From: Phycisphaerae bacterium
Lineage (GTDB): Bacteria > Planctomycetota > Phycisphaerae > Phycisphaerales > SM1A02
Direction of reading: 5' to 3'
Assembly: GCA_002689385.1 (NCBI GenBank)
Contig: NZFX01000015.1
Coordinates: forward strand, 5,847 to 69,846
Length of the DNA stretch: 64,000 nt
Made by a program: the position numbers and the translations under genes
The notes under the pieces: generated by a model
What the model saw: only the letters and a program-made list of their open reading frames with translations
Database searches by the model: none
Told to the model about the DNA's origin: nothing
In this document: one piece after another, positions 28,263 through 37,732 of the stretch
Layout of the letters: each line of letters starts with the position of its first letter
Numbering within the stretch: position 1 is the first letter of the stretch

Positions 28263-28823
28263 TTAAACGCCAAATGCTTTCCCTGCTTTACGGATGATAA
28301 TTTCATCGTCGTACATGATGCCCTTACCGTTGTATGGTTCTGGCGGTCGCTTGGAACGAATAACAGCAGCGTATTGACCAACTGCTTGTTTATCAGCACC
28401 TGTAATCGTGATTTGCGTACCCTTTTCAATTTCAAAAGTAACACCATCTGGCGCAACTAAATCAACTGTGTGGCAGAAACCAATGCTTAGAACAATTGTT
28501 TGTCCTTGTGCTTTAGCATTCCAGCCAACACCAACGATTTTTAACTTCTTTGTAAAACCATTTTTGCAACCTTCGACCATGTTGTTGATTCGGCTTCGAG
28601 TAGTGCCCCACAAAGCTCGCGCTTGGCGATTCTCATCGGTGCCTTCAGCAATCGCACAACAAATCTTTTTGTCTGCTTCGTCGTGTTGTACTGAAACTTC
28701 AGAACGCCAATCAAAGTTCAAGTTGCCTTTTGGGCCCTTGACATTAATAGTACGTTCGTTGGCATTTAGTTTTACTTCAATGCCTGAAGGTATTGCAATG
28801 GATTGTTTTCCTATACGTGACAT
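28263..28823 (-). CDS. rplF: 50S ribosomal protein L6
   Basis: MSRIGKQSIAIPSGIEVKLN...INVKGPKGNL...PEPYNGKGI. Confidence 0.95.
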   Translation of the reverse strand: MSRIGKQSIAIPSGIEVKLNANERTINVKGPKGNLNFDWRSEVSVQHDEADKKICCAIAEGTDENRQARALWGTTRSRINNMVEGCKNGFTKKLKIVGVGWNAKAQGQTIVLSIGFCHTVDLVAPDGVTFEIEKGTQITITGADKQAVGQYAAVIRSKRPPEPYNGKGIMYDDEIIIRKAGKAFGV

Positions 28824-28842
28824 AATTAGTCCTCTTCGCGTC

Positions 28843-29241
28843 TTACTCGACGGTTGCTACGACTTCACCACCAACTTTTTCGAGTCGGCAACGGCGGTCG
28901 CTCATAATTCCACTACTTGTTGAAACGATCGCGATACCAAGGCCACCAAGTGGGCGAGGCAGATCTTCCATACTTCGATACACTCGACAACCCGGCTTTG
29001 ATTCGCGCTTGATCGAGTTGATTACTTGTTCACCGCGTTCACCATAACGAAGGTGTACGTCGAGACGACCTTGTCGGCCGTCATCAATGACGTCAAAGTT
29101 TTCAATAAAGCCTTCGTCCACTAAAACTTGGGCGATGCCTCTATTGAGTTTATTGTTAAGACATGCAACACTCGGCGCGTGGTTGCGCGCAGCGTTTCTG
29201 ATGCGTGTAAGCATATCTGATGTTAGGTCTTGTTGTGACAT
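28843..29241 (-). CDS. rpsH: 30S ribosomal protein S8
   Basis: MSQQDLTSDMLTRIRNAARNH... Start moved to the internal ATG (29239-29241); the 14-codon upstream extension in the track is not S8-like. Confidence 0.94.
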   Translation of the reverse strand: MSQQDLTSDMLTRIRNAARNHAPSVACLNNKLNRGIAQVLVDEGFIENFDVIDDGRQGRLDVHLRYGERGEQVINSIKRESKPGCRVYRSMEDLPRPLGGLGIAIVSTSSGIMSDRRCRLEKVGGEVVATVE

Positions 29242-29299
29242 TTCTAATACTCCAAATACATGGCAGCTGCGATAGCAGTGCAATGTGAATCTTCTCTAT

Positions 29300-29485
29300 T
29301 TACCAGCTCGCCTTACGCATTCCGGGGATCTTGCCTTCGAGCGCCAATTGGCGAAGCATGATTCGGCTGATGCCAAACTTACGATAGACACTTCGACTGC
29401 GTCCAGTAATCTGACAACGGTTTTGTTTGCGAGAAGAGAACTTTGGTTCTCGTTTCATTTGTTCAAATACGCGTTTACTTGCCAT
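29300..29485 (-). CDS. rpsN: 30S ribosomal protein S14, short (61 aa, type Z length) but lacking three of four zinc cysteines
   Basis: [61 protein letters not shown]. Compare the Zn form ..RC.RCGR....FGLCRIC. Confidence 0.93.
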   Translation of the reverse strand: MASKRVFEQMKREPKFSSRKQNRCQITGRSRSVYRKFGISRIMLRQLALEGKIPGMRKASW

Positions 29486-29494
29486 GTTTGTTCC

Positions 29495-30073
29495 TTATTC
29501 TTCTTCCCGTACAAAGGGCATACCGAGTTGCGCAAGTACAGCCTTGCTCATCTCTGGTGTTGAATTTTCAAATACAAGGTTGAAGTTCATTCCATGCTGG
29601 AAGTTCACTTCAGCCATATTGATTTCTGGCCAAATTGCTTGCTCATTCACACCAAAGGAGTAATTACCCGCTTTGTCGAATGAGGTATCTTTAAGACCTC
29701 TAAAGTCTTTAATCCGCGGAATCGCAAGCGAAATCATGCGGTCTAGAAAGTGCCACATCTTTTCGCCACGCATAGTGACCATGAATGCTGAAGGAGCACC
29801 TTCACGAACTTTAAAGTTCGCAACGGATTTCTTTGCCAACAACATGATTGGCTTTTGGCCAGAAATCTTCGTAAGCGTCGAAAGAACCGTCTCTTTAATT
29901 TCTGGCTTTAATTTTTGGTTATCAAGAAATCGACCAACGCTAACGTTTACAGTAATTTTCACAAGCCTCGGCGCAAGCGATACATTGCCAAGGTTAAACT
30001 CCTTGAGAATATTCGCCTGTACCTTGTCGGCATAGAGGGCTTCTAATCTTGGTTTTTCAATAGTAGCTGTCAT
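29495..30073 (-). CDS. rplE: 50S ribosomal protein L5
   Basis: PRLEALYADKV...NVSLAPRLVKITVNVSVG...RGEKMWHFLDRMISLAIPRIKDFRGL. Confidence 0.95.
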   Translation of the reverse strand: MTATIEKPRLEALYADKVQANILKEFNLGNVSLAPRLVKITVNVSVGRFLDNQKLKPEIKETVLSTLTKISGQKPIMLLAKKSVANFKVREGAPSAFMVTMRGEKMWHFLDRMISLAIPRIKDFRGLKDTSFDKAGNYSFGVNEQAIWPEINMAEVNFQHGMNFNLVFENSTPEMSKAVLAQLGMPFVREEE

Positions 30074-30076
30074 GAC

Positions 30077-30445
30077 TTATTTCCCTGTTGACCGAGCGTC
30101 TGCGGAGTGAACTTCTCCGAGAACCTTTTCAACTTTCTTACCTTTGTCATCTCGAATAACACCAATTCGAACCTTGGCGCCATCTTTCTGTGTTTCGTAA
30201 CGAAGCCGAGCTGCTTTGCCTTCAACCAATGGGCTTACGTTGCTCATATGGATTGGCATTTCTTGCTTGATGACTCCGCCATTTGGATTTGCTTGTGACG
30301 GCTTAATGTTCTTTGAACGAACATTTACACCCTTCACTACAACACGATCTTTCTTTGTGAGCACACGTAAAATCTCACCGATGGCACCTTTGTCGTTGCC
30401 AGCTGTAACTATTACGTTGTCACCTGTTCTAATATGCCTAGGCAT
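30077..30445 (-). CDS. rplX: 50S ribosomal protein L24
   Basis: IRTGDNVIVTAGNDKGAIGEILRV (KOW motif). Start overlaps the rplN stop. Confidence 0.93.
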   Translation of the reverse strand: MPRHIRTGDNVIVTAGNDKGAIGEILRVLTKKDRVVVKGVNVRSKNIKPSQANPNGGVIKQEMPIHMSNVSPLVEGKAARLRYETQKDGAKVRIGVIRDDKGKKVEKVLGEVHSADARSTGK

Positions 30446-30831
30446 TACACCACCTCCGATGCGAGTGAAACAATTTTCATGTAGTTCTTTTCACGCAACT
30501 CACGGGCTACTGCGCCAAAGATGCGAGTGCCTGTTGGGTTCATGTCTTCATTGATCAATACGCAAGCGTTTGAGTCAAATCGTACATATGAACCGTCATT
30601 GCGACGAGTTGGATACTTAGTTCGAACGACAACTGCGCGGATTATGTCACCTGATTTGACTTGTGAGTTAGGCAATGCCTTCTTCACAGCACAAACGATG
30701 CGATCGCCGACGCCAGCTGTACGTCTTGTGTATTTGCCGCGAGCGGTGGAGCCACCAAGGACACTAATAACGAGTACCTCTTTTGCGCCGCTGTTGTCAG
30801 CTACTTCTAATCTTGATTCTTTTTGGAGCAT
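30445..30831 (-). CDS. rplN: 50S ribosomal protein L14
   Basis: [28 protein letters not shown]...[11 protein letters not shown]...[12 protein letters not shown]. Confidence 0.96.
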   Translation of the reverse strand: MLQKESRLEVADNSGAKEVLVISVLGGSTARGKYTRRTAGVGDRIVCAVKKALPNSQVKSGDIIRAVVVRTKYPTRRNDGSYVRFDSNACVLINEDMNPTGTRIFGAVARELREKNYMKIVSLASEVV

Positions 30832-30855
30832 AGTTCTATTCCTTTAGCGACTAAC

Positions 30856-31134
30856 TTATGCAGTTGCTTTTTCCACAACACGAGTGACTACCCATGATTT
30901 GGTTTTTGAAATTGGACGACATTCTGCGATTTCAACCTTGTCGCCAAGCTTCACTTCATTGTTAGCATCGTGTGCCTGAATGAGTGTTCTACGGCGAATA
31001 TACTTGCCGTATTTAGGGTGCTTGATGGAAAACTGAATCTCAACTTTGCAACTTTTGTCACGAGCATCGGATGTAACGATGCCAACTTTGCGAGATGCCG
31101 TTTCTGGAATTGTAATTTCTTTTAAATGACTCAT
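30856..31134 (-). CDS. rpsQ: 30S ribosomal protein S17
   Basis: [62 protein letters not shown]. Confidence 0.94.
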   Translation of the reverse strand: MSHLKEITIPETASRKVGIVTSDARDKSCKVEIQFSIKHPKYGKYIRRRTLIQAHDANNEVKLGDKVEIAECRPISKTKSWVVTRVVEKATA

Positions 31135-31137
31135 AGT

Positions 31138-31329
31138 TTACGCCTTGCTTCGCAGTGTTTGCTCGGTGAGCATTCGTGCGATGTCCTTACGGATTTTGCC
31201 GTACTGCGAAGTATTTTGTATCTTCTCAGTTACGCCTTGTGTTTTGAGTTCAAAAAGTCGCTTGCGAAGTGTATCTACTTCGATTGCTAACTCTTCATCA
31301 CCTAGTTTGTGAACTGCTTTTGCTTTCAT
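31138..31329 (-). CDS. rpmC: 50S ribosomal protein L29
   Basis: 63 aa, LGDEELAIEVDTLRKRLFELKTQ. Canonical slot between rplP and rpsQ. Confidence 0.9.
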   Translation of the reverse strand: MKAKAVHKLGDEELAIEVDTLRKRLFELKTQGVTEKIQNTSQYGKIRKDIARMLTEQTLRSKA

Positions 31330-31362
31330 ATCTTCATTCCTTCTCTGTGAACACCTGCGGTG

Positions 31363-31782
31363 TTAAACAGAAAGTCTCCGTCCTACAAACCGGCAACGTA
31401 CCGGCATTTTGTGTGCGATCCGAGCGAGGGCCTCTTTGGCCATTTCTTCTGGAACACCACTTATTTCATAGAGAATCGTTCCTGGCTTCACGCGTGCTGC
31501 CCAAAAATCAGTATCCGCCTTACCTTTACCCATTCGAGTTTCAAGTGGCTTCTTTGAAATTGGTTTGTCTGGAAAAACGCGAATAACAATCTTGCCTTGA
31601 CGGCGAAGAAAGTGCTGCGCTGCAATACGGCCCGATTCGATTTGTCTTGCAGATACCCAGTGTGTACCGAGTGATTGCAAACCATAATCGCCAAACGCCA
31701 CGTAGTTTCCTCGTGTGGCATTGCCTTTCATCTTACCGCGCATCTGTTTGCGGAACTTAATTCGTTTTGGCATCCGTGGCAT
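31363..31782 (-). CDS. rplP: 50S ribosomal protein L16
   Basis: [36 protein letters not shown]...[10 protein letters not shown]...[19 protein letters not shown]-like. Confidence 0.96.
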   Translation of the reverse strand: MPRMPKRIKFRKQMRGKMKGNATRGNYVAFGDYGLQSLGTHWVSARQIESGRIAAQHFLRRQGKIVIRVFPDKPISKKPLETRMGKGKADTDFWAARVKPGTILYEISGVPEEMAKEALARIAHKMPVRCRFVGRRLSV

Positions 31783-31828
31783 CGGACGATCTCCTTAACT
31801 AAACCCTTGCGGGTAAACTTCTAAAAAC

Positions 31829-32533
31829 TTAACGACGACCTCGGGCACGACCTCGAGCACCTGCTGCTCTTGAATCAACTTGCTCTTCTTCGGCGTCTGT
31901 GTACATACCTTTGTAAATCCAAACCTTCACACCAATAATGCCATACGTTGTTTCCGTATGAACAAGTGCGTAATCGACGTTGGCTTGCAACGTTGACAAT
32001 GGAATGGAACCTTCAACAACAATAAATTTACGAGCCATCTCAGCACCGCCAAGACGACCAGAGATTTGAATCCTGATCCCTTTTGCTCCGTGTTGCATTG
32101 CTGATTCAGCACGTTGCTTGAGCATGCGGCGGAAATTACCCCGTTTACGCATTTGCTCACCAACAGCTTCAGCAACAAGGCGAGCATCGGTATCTGGGTT
32201 CATGACTTCTAAAATTTTGACTTGGGCTTTGCGGCCCGTCATTGCTTGAAGGTCAGCAACAAGTTTGTCAATTTCAGCACCTTTAGGTCCTACTACTAGG
32301 CCTGGTCGCGCTGTCTTTACAATCACTGTGAGTTCTTCACGAGTACGCTCAATCAAAATATCTGACACTGCCGCAAATGGCGGTGTTCGATTAAGACGCT
32401 TGTCGACGAATTCGCGGATGCGATAATCTTCAACGAGTAATTCAGCAAAGAGTGCTTTTGGTGCGTACCAGCGGGACTTATGTCCTTCGGTAACACCAAC
32501 TCTAAATCCAAATGGATGAACTTTTTGTCCCAT
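31829..32533 (-). CDS. rpsC: 30S ribosomal protein S3
   Basis: MGQKVHPFGFRVGVTEGHKSRWYA...KH domain...GRLGGAEMAR. Confidence 0.96.
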   Translation of the reverse strand: MGQKVHPFGFRVGVTEGHKSRWYAPKALFAELLVEDYRIREFVDKRLNRTPPFAAVSDILIERTREELTVIVKTARPGLVVGPKGAEIDKLVADLQAMTGRKAQVKILEVMNPDTDARLVAEAVGEQMRKRGNFRRMLKQRAESAMQHGAKGIRIQISGRLGGAEMARKFIVVEGSIPLSTLQANVDYALVHTETTYGIIGVKVWIYKGMYTDAEEEQVDSRAAGARGRARGRR

Positions 32534-32865
32534 TATTTTTTCTCTCCAACAGAGATGATTAAGTGACTAGTTGGTTTGTGAATCGGATGCGCTCGGCCAC
32601 GATCTTTTGGTCGCCATCGTTTGATTACCGAACCCTCGTCAACGCGTGATTCCGAAACGTAGAGTGTCGAAACATCAGCGTTTTGCTCTTCAGCGTTTGC
32701 GATTGCACTGTTTAGCACAGATTTAAAATACCACGCTGCTCGCTTCTTGGAGAACTCCAATTGCGAAAGCGCGACATCGATTCGTTTTCCTCGAATCAAA
32801 TCGGCGATGAGCCGCGCCTTACGAGGCGAGATTCGAGCATATTTATGTATTGCTTTGTACGTCAT
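32533..32865 (-). CDS. rplV: 50S ribosomal protein L22
   Basis: MTYKAIHKYARISPRKARLIADLIRGKRIDVALSQLEFS. Start moved to the internal ATG 32863-32865; the track extension overlaps rpsS and is not L22-like. Confidence 0.94.
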   Translation of the reverse strand: MTYKAIHKYARISPRKARLIADLIRGKRIDVALSQLEFSKKRAAWYFKSVLNSAIANAEEQNADVSTLYVSESRVDEGSVIKRWRPKDRGRAHPIHKPTSHLIISVGEKK

Positions 32866-32884
32866 AAGTAAAAAATTCCAAGTA

Positions 32885-33163
32885 CTACGACTTGATGCCT
32901 TCCTTCTTATTGGTATGGCCTCGGAACATGCGTGTGTGAGAGAACTCACCAAGCTTATGACCAACCATGTCTTCGGTAACAAGCACATCGTTGAATTTGT
33001 TTCCGTTGTGCACTGAGAACGTAAAGCCAACAAATTCTGGCACAATCGTGCAAGCACGTGACCAAGTTTTGATTGGTGTCTTTTTTGGAGCCGATGCCAT
33101 AGCTTCTACCTTGCGGTAGAGCTTTTCGTTGACAAATGGGCCTTTTTTGAGTGATCTTGACAT
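32885..33163 (-). CDS. rpsS: 30S ribosomal protein S19
   Basis: [20 protein letters not shown]...[42 protein letters not shown]. Confidence 0.96.
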   Translation of the reverse strand: MSRSLKKGPFVNEKLYRKVEAMASAPKKTPIKTWSRACTIVPEFVGFTFSVHNGNKFNDVLVTEDMVGHKLGEFSHTRMFRGHTNKKEGIKS

Positions 33164-33177
33164 ATCTTTTTCCTAAA

Positions 33178-34032
33178 TCAGACTTTAAGTTGACCGTACC
33201 GTTTACTCTTACGACGACGGAGGATACGAGCGTCCGTCCATTTACCGCGTTGCCTTGTGCGACCGCCCTTAGCCTTCGTGCCTGATGCACTTGCTGGGGT
33301 TCGTCCACCTTTGGATCGACCTTCACCACCACCAAGCGGGTGATCATGGTGACTCATTGCCATACCACGAACTTTAGGTCGCTTGCCGAGCCATCGATTT
33401 CGGCCTGCTTTACCAAGCTTGACGTTTTGATGATCAGTGTTTCCTAATTGCCCAATCGTTGCGCGGCACTCAACTGAAACTTGACGGATTTCGCCCGATG
33501 GCAACACGATCGTTGCCCAGCGACCTTCACGGTTACTCAATCGAGCAGCCGCACCAGCAGAGCGACAAAGAGCGCCACCCTTACCAGGTTCAAATTCAAT
33601 GTTATGCACAGTTAAGCCAGTTGGAATGTACTTCAAAGGCATGCAGTTGCCTGCTTTTGGTTCTATTGCGCTGTCTGAGCTTTTTACCGTGTCACCATCA
33701 GTAAGATTACGTGGTGCCAAGATGTACCGTTTTGTGCCATCTTCGTATTGCACCAATGCAATGTGACAACTTCGGTTTGGATCGTACTCGATGCCAATCA
33801 CGGTTGCGACCATGTCATCCTTTAGACGACGAAAGTCAATTTTGCGGTAACGACGCTTGTGACCACCACCACGACCTTGGACAGTAATTTTACCTTGGTT
33901 ATTGCGCCCACCATTCTTTTTGATTGGCGCAAGCAAAGATTTCTCAGGTGTCTTTTTCGTAACTTCAATGTGAAGGTTCACGGAAGCATTTCGACGTCCT
34001 GGTGTAGTTGGTTTATATACTCTAATTGCCAT
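33178..34032 (-). CDS. rplB: 50S ribosomal protein L2
   Basis: MAIRVYKPTTPGRRNAS...GGGHKRRYR.IDF.R...VRGMAMSHHDHPLGGGEG. Confidence 0.97.
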   Translation of the reverse strand: MAIRVYKPTTPGRRNASVNLHIEVTKKTPEKSLLAPIKKNGGRNNQGKITVQGRGGGHKRRYRKIDFRRLKDDMVATVIGIEYDPNRSCHIALVQYEDGTKRYILAPRNLTDGDTVKSSDSAIEPKAGNCMPLKYIPTGLTVHNIEFEPGKGGALCRSAGAAARLSNREGRWATIVLPSGEIRQVSVECRATIGQLGNTDHQNVKLGKAGRNRWLGKRPKVRGMAMSHHDHPLGGGEGRSKGGRTPASASGTKAKGGRTRQRGKWTDARILRRRKSKRYGQLKV

Positions 34033-34051
34033 AATAATTATTCGCTAACTC

Positions 34052-34330
34052 TTAGAAGAGCTCGATGCGATCCTCCGCATGCAGTTTCACGACAGCGCGC
34101 TTTTGGTTACCAACCCTGAACCAACCCATTCGGTTGCGTTTCATATGACCCTTGCGGACCTGAGTTGCGACTGAAACGACGCGAACGCCATACAGTTCTT
34201 GAATAGCCCGTTTGATTTGGCCTTTATCAGCACGTTTGTCAACTTCAAAGACATAACGGTTATTCGCCGTTGCGCCAAACGTTGACTTCTCAGTGATAAG
34301 AGGTTTTCTAATGATTGTTGTGACTTCCAT
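34052..34330 (-). CDS. rplW: 50S ribosomal protein L23
   Basis: MEVTTIIRKPLITEKSTFGATANNRYVFEVDKRADKGQIKRAIQELYGV. ATG 34328-34330 overlaps the rplD stop (TAATG coupling). Confidence 0.93.
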   Translation of the reverse strand: MEVTTIIRKPLITEKSTFGATANNRYVFEVDKRADKGQIKRAIQELYGVRVVSVATQVRKGHMKRNRMGWFRVGNQKRAVVKLHAEDRIELF

Positions 34331-34983
34331 TACGCCACCTCCTCTTCTTTCTTCCAAGCAGAACCGTCGACGAATGCTTCCATCGATGCCTTGTCAACGA
34401 CAAGGTACCGGTGATTTAGCATTTCAAACACATTGAGCTGGTCAACACGAATCGTGTCAACGTGCGGAAGGTTTCGAGCAGAGACTGCTGCATTTCTGTT
34501 TTCACTATCAACCGCAACAAGGCAACTTCGGTCAACGCCGACTGCATCGAGGATTGACTTAAATTCTCTTGTTTTTGGGGTTTCAAATTCAAGGTCAACA
34601 ATGCACTTTACTTCGCCATCAACAAGCTTCGCAAGAAGCGCGTTTCGGTTAGCAAGTTGGCGCATTTTCTTCGGCATGTCCTTGCGGAAGTCCTCGTGCG
34701 TTCGAGTCTTCGCAAAAGTAACACCGCCACCTTTACGGATGTTGGAACGAACTTGACCCATCCGGGCGTTGCCTGTGCCTTTTTGCTTATAAATTTTTCG
34801 GGTTGACCCTTCAACCATGCCACGACTTTTGGTTCGTGCTGAACCTTGTCGGCGGTTGGAGTGGAACATCACGTACGCCTGCTTAAGCAGGGTGTGACGG
34901 ACCTCGGTTCCGAGCAATGCTTCATCGATATTTAAGGTATCGACTTGCTTGCCTTTTTTGTCATAAATTGGAAGTTCAATCAT
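34330..34983 (-). CDS. rplD: 50S ribosomal protein L4
   Basis: MIELPIYDKKGKQVDTLNIDE...RQGSARTKSRGMVEGSTRKIYKQKGTGNAR.G. The internal ATG at 34981-34983 is preceded by AGGTGA. The 35-codon track extension is not L4-like. Confidence 0.93.
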   Translation of the reverse strand: MIELPIYDKKGKQVDTLNIDEALLGTEVRHTLLKQAYVMFHSNRRQGSARTKSRGMVEGSTRKIYKQKGTGNARMGQVRSNIRKGGGVTFAKTRTHEDFRKDMPKKMRQLANRNALLAKLVDGEVKCIVDLEFETPKTREFKSILDAVGVDRSCLVAVDSENRNAAVSARNLPHVDTIRVDQLNVFEMLNHRYLVVDKASMEAFVDGSAWKKEEEVA

Positions 34984-35172
34984 AATGTTTTTCACCTGTG
35001 ACGAAGTTGTCTTTGTTTGCCTTGCACTCCGATGTGGCCGGGTGTCTTCAAGCCCAGTTAGCCTGGTGTTGAGGAGTCCGGTAGTCACTCGGTAGAGCTT
35101 GACTCGGCGTTCGTTTCGTTTTGTCGCGATTATCTGGTTCTCAGCTTGAGCCTTGAAAATCTACCAATAAAA

Positions 35173-35847
35173 TTATTTACTGGCCGCTTTGGTTTTTTTC
35201 CTATTTAGTCGTTTCGCTTCTCGAATAAGAACCATGCCGGTGTTTGGTCCTGGGACAGAACCTTTCAACATCAACAAGTTTCTTTCACTATCAATATGTA
35301 TAACTGGAATGCTTCGGCAAGTGATTTGCCTATCACCCATGTGGCCTGGCATGCGCTTACCCTTTTTTGGTTTCGGACCAGTACCAAGGTTTGTGGCGTG
35401 TCCGTTAATTGAACCTGGACGGCGATGTGCACGCTTAACACCGTGCGACGCTTCAAGACCTTTAAAGTTATGCCGCTTCATGCCGCCTGCAAAACCTTTA
35501 CCTTTACTTGTGCCAACGACATCGACAAACATGACATCTTCAAAAAGTGAAACATCTAATGTTTGACCTGCTTCAACATCGCCAACCTCGTCTACACGAG
35601 CTTCGCGGTGGAATCGTTTTGGTGCTGTGCCAGCTTTTGCATCGTGACCGATGATCGGCATAGTCGCACGGCCTACTTTTACATCTTCGTAACCCATTTG
35701 GATTGCGTTGTATCCCTCAACTTCTTCAGTCTTAACTTGTGTAACAACACAAGGTCCAACTTCAACGATTGTGACAGGTATGTTTGTGCCGTCTTCAAGG
35801 AAATACCTTGACATTCCAACTTTTCTTCCTAGTAGTGTTTTTGACAT
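35173..35847 (-). CDS. rplC: 50S ribosomal protein L3
   Basis: LLGRKVGMSRYFLEDGTNIPVTIVEVGPCVVTQVKT...GKGFAGGMKRHNFKG...SHG..RAHRRPGSIG. Confidence 0.96.
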   Translation of the reverse strand: MSKTLLGRKVGMSRYFLEDGTNIPVTIVEVGPCVVTQVKTEEVEGYNAIQMGYEDVKVGRATMPIIGHDAKAGTAPKRFHREARVDEVGDVEAGQTLDVSLFEDVMFVDVVGTSKGKGFAGGMKRHNFKGLEASHGVKRAHRRPGSINGHATNLGTGPKPKKGKRMPGHMGDRQITCRSIPVIHIDSERNLLMLKGSVPGPNTGMVLIREAKRLNRKKTKAASK

Positions 35848-35939
35848 CGTTGTTGCTTTCGTGCTTAGAGGGTTTAGGTCAGGGATCTTCTTGATGTGAC
35901 CGGAGTGTTCGGTGTTTCGAATGTATAAAACTTTCGGGG

Positions 35940-36242
35940 TTACGCTTTAATCTTTACAAAGACGCCTGCAGGAACAATGAGACGATTCAACGCTTCGATG
36001 GTCTGCGGGTTTGGTTCTGAAATATCAATGATTCTTTTGTGTGTACGAATTTCAAATTGTTCACGTGATTTCTTGTTCACAAATGTAGAACGGTTCACTG
36101 TGTAAATTTCACGACGAGTCGGCAGTGGAACTGGTCCAGCTACTCGAGCACCTGTTCGCTTTGCGTGGTCGACAATTTCCTTCGCCGAAGCATCGAGTGC
36201 TTGGTGGTCGTAGGCTTCCATTCTGATTCGAATAATCTGCAT
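35940..36242 (-). CDS. rpsJ: 30S ribosomal protein S10
   Basis: [73 protein letters not shown]. Start moved to the internal ATG 36240-36242. Confidence 0.95.
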   Translation of the reverse strand: MQIIRIRMEAYDHQALDASAKEIVDHAKRTGARVAGPVPLPTRREIYTVNRSTFVNKKSREQFEIRTHKRIIDISEPNPQTIEALNRLIVPAGVFVKIKA

Positions 36243-36339
36243 CGCAGGTGTGTTCCTCAAACGTGTTTCTCTATTGACGCGCCACATGCGCACCACTTCA
36301 TCCTCACCCAAGCGTGCTTCGCAAAGGGGTGAATCGAGG

Positions 36340-36369
36340 ATTCTATCCTCAGAAAGGGCGTCTTGTCAA
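36340..36369 (-). promoter_or_regulatory. sigma70-type promoter for the S10 operon
   Basis: Minus-strand reading gives TTGACA (36369-36364), an 18-nt spacer, then TAGAAT (36345-36340), about 100 nt upstream of the rpsJ ATG. This leaves a ~90-nt leader. Confidence 0.6.
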
Positions 36370-36427
36370 TAACTAACCCCCTAAACAACTACTTTTTCAT
36401 TGGGCTCGGCTCTGCTACAGTGCCACC

Positions 36428-37732
36428 ATGCTGCACTTACCTATGCTCTTAATCTTATGCCTGCTCATGGGCACCTCGTATCAAAATGGCGTTGTTGGAA
36501 TCAATATAGATCTTCCAGCAAACTCTGTTGTTACTGGCACCAACACGCAACCGCCTTTTTGTGTCATTTCAAGCGGTAAGTCTAGTATTAAATGGAACTT
36601 ACGCATAGAAAAACGCGCAAATCCAACCGGTTTAACCCCAAAAGAGTACGTAGATTCAGCAATAAAGAGTGTCCAAGCTCCCGAAGGCACCGTTACACTG
36701 TTTGACACTGGGCTTCCCCTAGAAGCCCCTGTGGGCTGGTGGACCGTCCTACACCACACAAAACAGCAGAATCAGTCAATCATTGGTCGTTTTGCCATGC
36801 CTGCGAAAGGGAAGCAGATGATTATGGCAACACTCGTAACCAACGCCGAAGGTTGGCGGTACGGTAAAGATTTGTTTGAAAACACCTTGCTTTCGATTGA
36901 GCCGCTCGACCCAGTTACGCTGCTACACGAAAAAATAACTGCTCTTGACACTGGTAGTGCGTTTTTAGCTTCTTTAAGCGAAGAATCACTCCACCATTTG
37001 GATGGTTTTAGAGAATGGCGGAGAATTCAAGCCGTAGAAAATGATGGGACAAAACGTGATATTGGCTATGCCTTTGTAGCAGTTGAGCTGGGAACGATGC
37101 AAGACATCGAAAAAACAACGCGCTCTGAAAATAGCGCACCTACGGGTATTATTGTGACTTTCCAAACTCGCCTGGTGCCCAACCTCGAAACCGGCGTCGT
37201 TTCAGATACAAACGCCAGGTACTGGATGAGCTGGGATGGACAAGATGAACGATGGTCGAGCAAAATGTCACGCTGGGTAGACGATATCAGGGCAACAACC
37301 AGTGAAACTGGAATTCGTAATCGTCCGCAACTCGGTGCACCAAAGTCTAAGTTACTCGTTGTCACACAAGATTTATCGACGAGTCTTGTCGAGCCGCCGT
37401 TTAAAATCGATATCCAACACCCTTGGTTACCACGTACACTGACTTGGATTACAGGTCCTTTATTTTCGCCTGCAACTACTTCTAAACAATATCGTTGGTG
37501 GTGTTACGACACCATCGAGTCCCAAAAAGTCTTGACACGGTTTGACTCTTTAACCGTCCTGCCTAACGAACAGTTCACCCTTACTACGCAGTTTGGTGAA
37601 GGATCAGAAGGCGCAACCACGCTCTTTGATCACGATGGCAAACTAATCAAGCAAACACTGCAGGGCAACATCACTATTACTGGCAGCACGCGAGAAGCAA
37701 TCAAGAAAATTTGGGGACCGCGTAACCTGTAA
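36428..37732 (+). CDS. hypothetical secreted protein
   Basis: 434 aa with signal-like MLHLPMLLILCLLMGTSYQ. No recognised motif. The 3' end overlaps the convergent gene by 32 nt. Confidence 0.5.
   Translation: MLHLPMLLILCLLMGTSYQNGVVGINIDLPANSVVTGTNTQPPFCVISSGKSSIKWNLRIEKRANPTGLTPKEYVDSAIKSVQAPEGTVTLFDTGLPLEAPVGWWTVLHHTKQQNQSIIGRFAMPAKGKQMIMATLVTNAEGWRYGKDLFENTLLSIEPLDPVTLLHEKITALDTGSAFLASLSEESLHHLDGFREWRRIQAVENDGTKRDIGYAFVAVELGTMQDIEKTTRSENSAPTGIIVTFQTRLVPNLETGVVSDTNARYWMSWDGQDERWSSKMSRWVDDIRATTSETGIRNRPQLGAPKSKLLVVTQDLSTSLVEPPFKIDIQHPWLPRTLTWITGPLFSPATTSKQYRWWCYDTIESQKVLTRFDSLTVLPNEQFTLTTQFGEGSEGATTLFDHDGKLIKQTLQGNITITGSTREAIKKIWGPRNL

Noticed and set aside
32866-33057. N-terminal extensions proposed by the track for rplV (and likewise rplD 34984-35088, rpsJ 36243-36311, rpsH 29242-29283, lysS 50547-50669, plsY 53325-53489, rplW 34331-34357)
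   Set aside because: The extensions overlap upstream genes or lack family similarity. Internal ATGs reproduce canonical N-termini, several with SD sequences or start/stop coupling.
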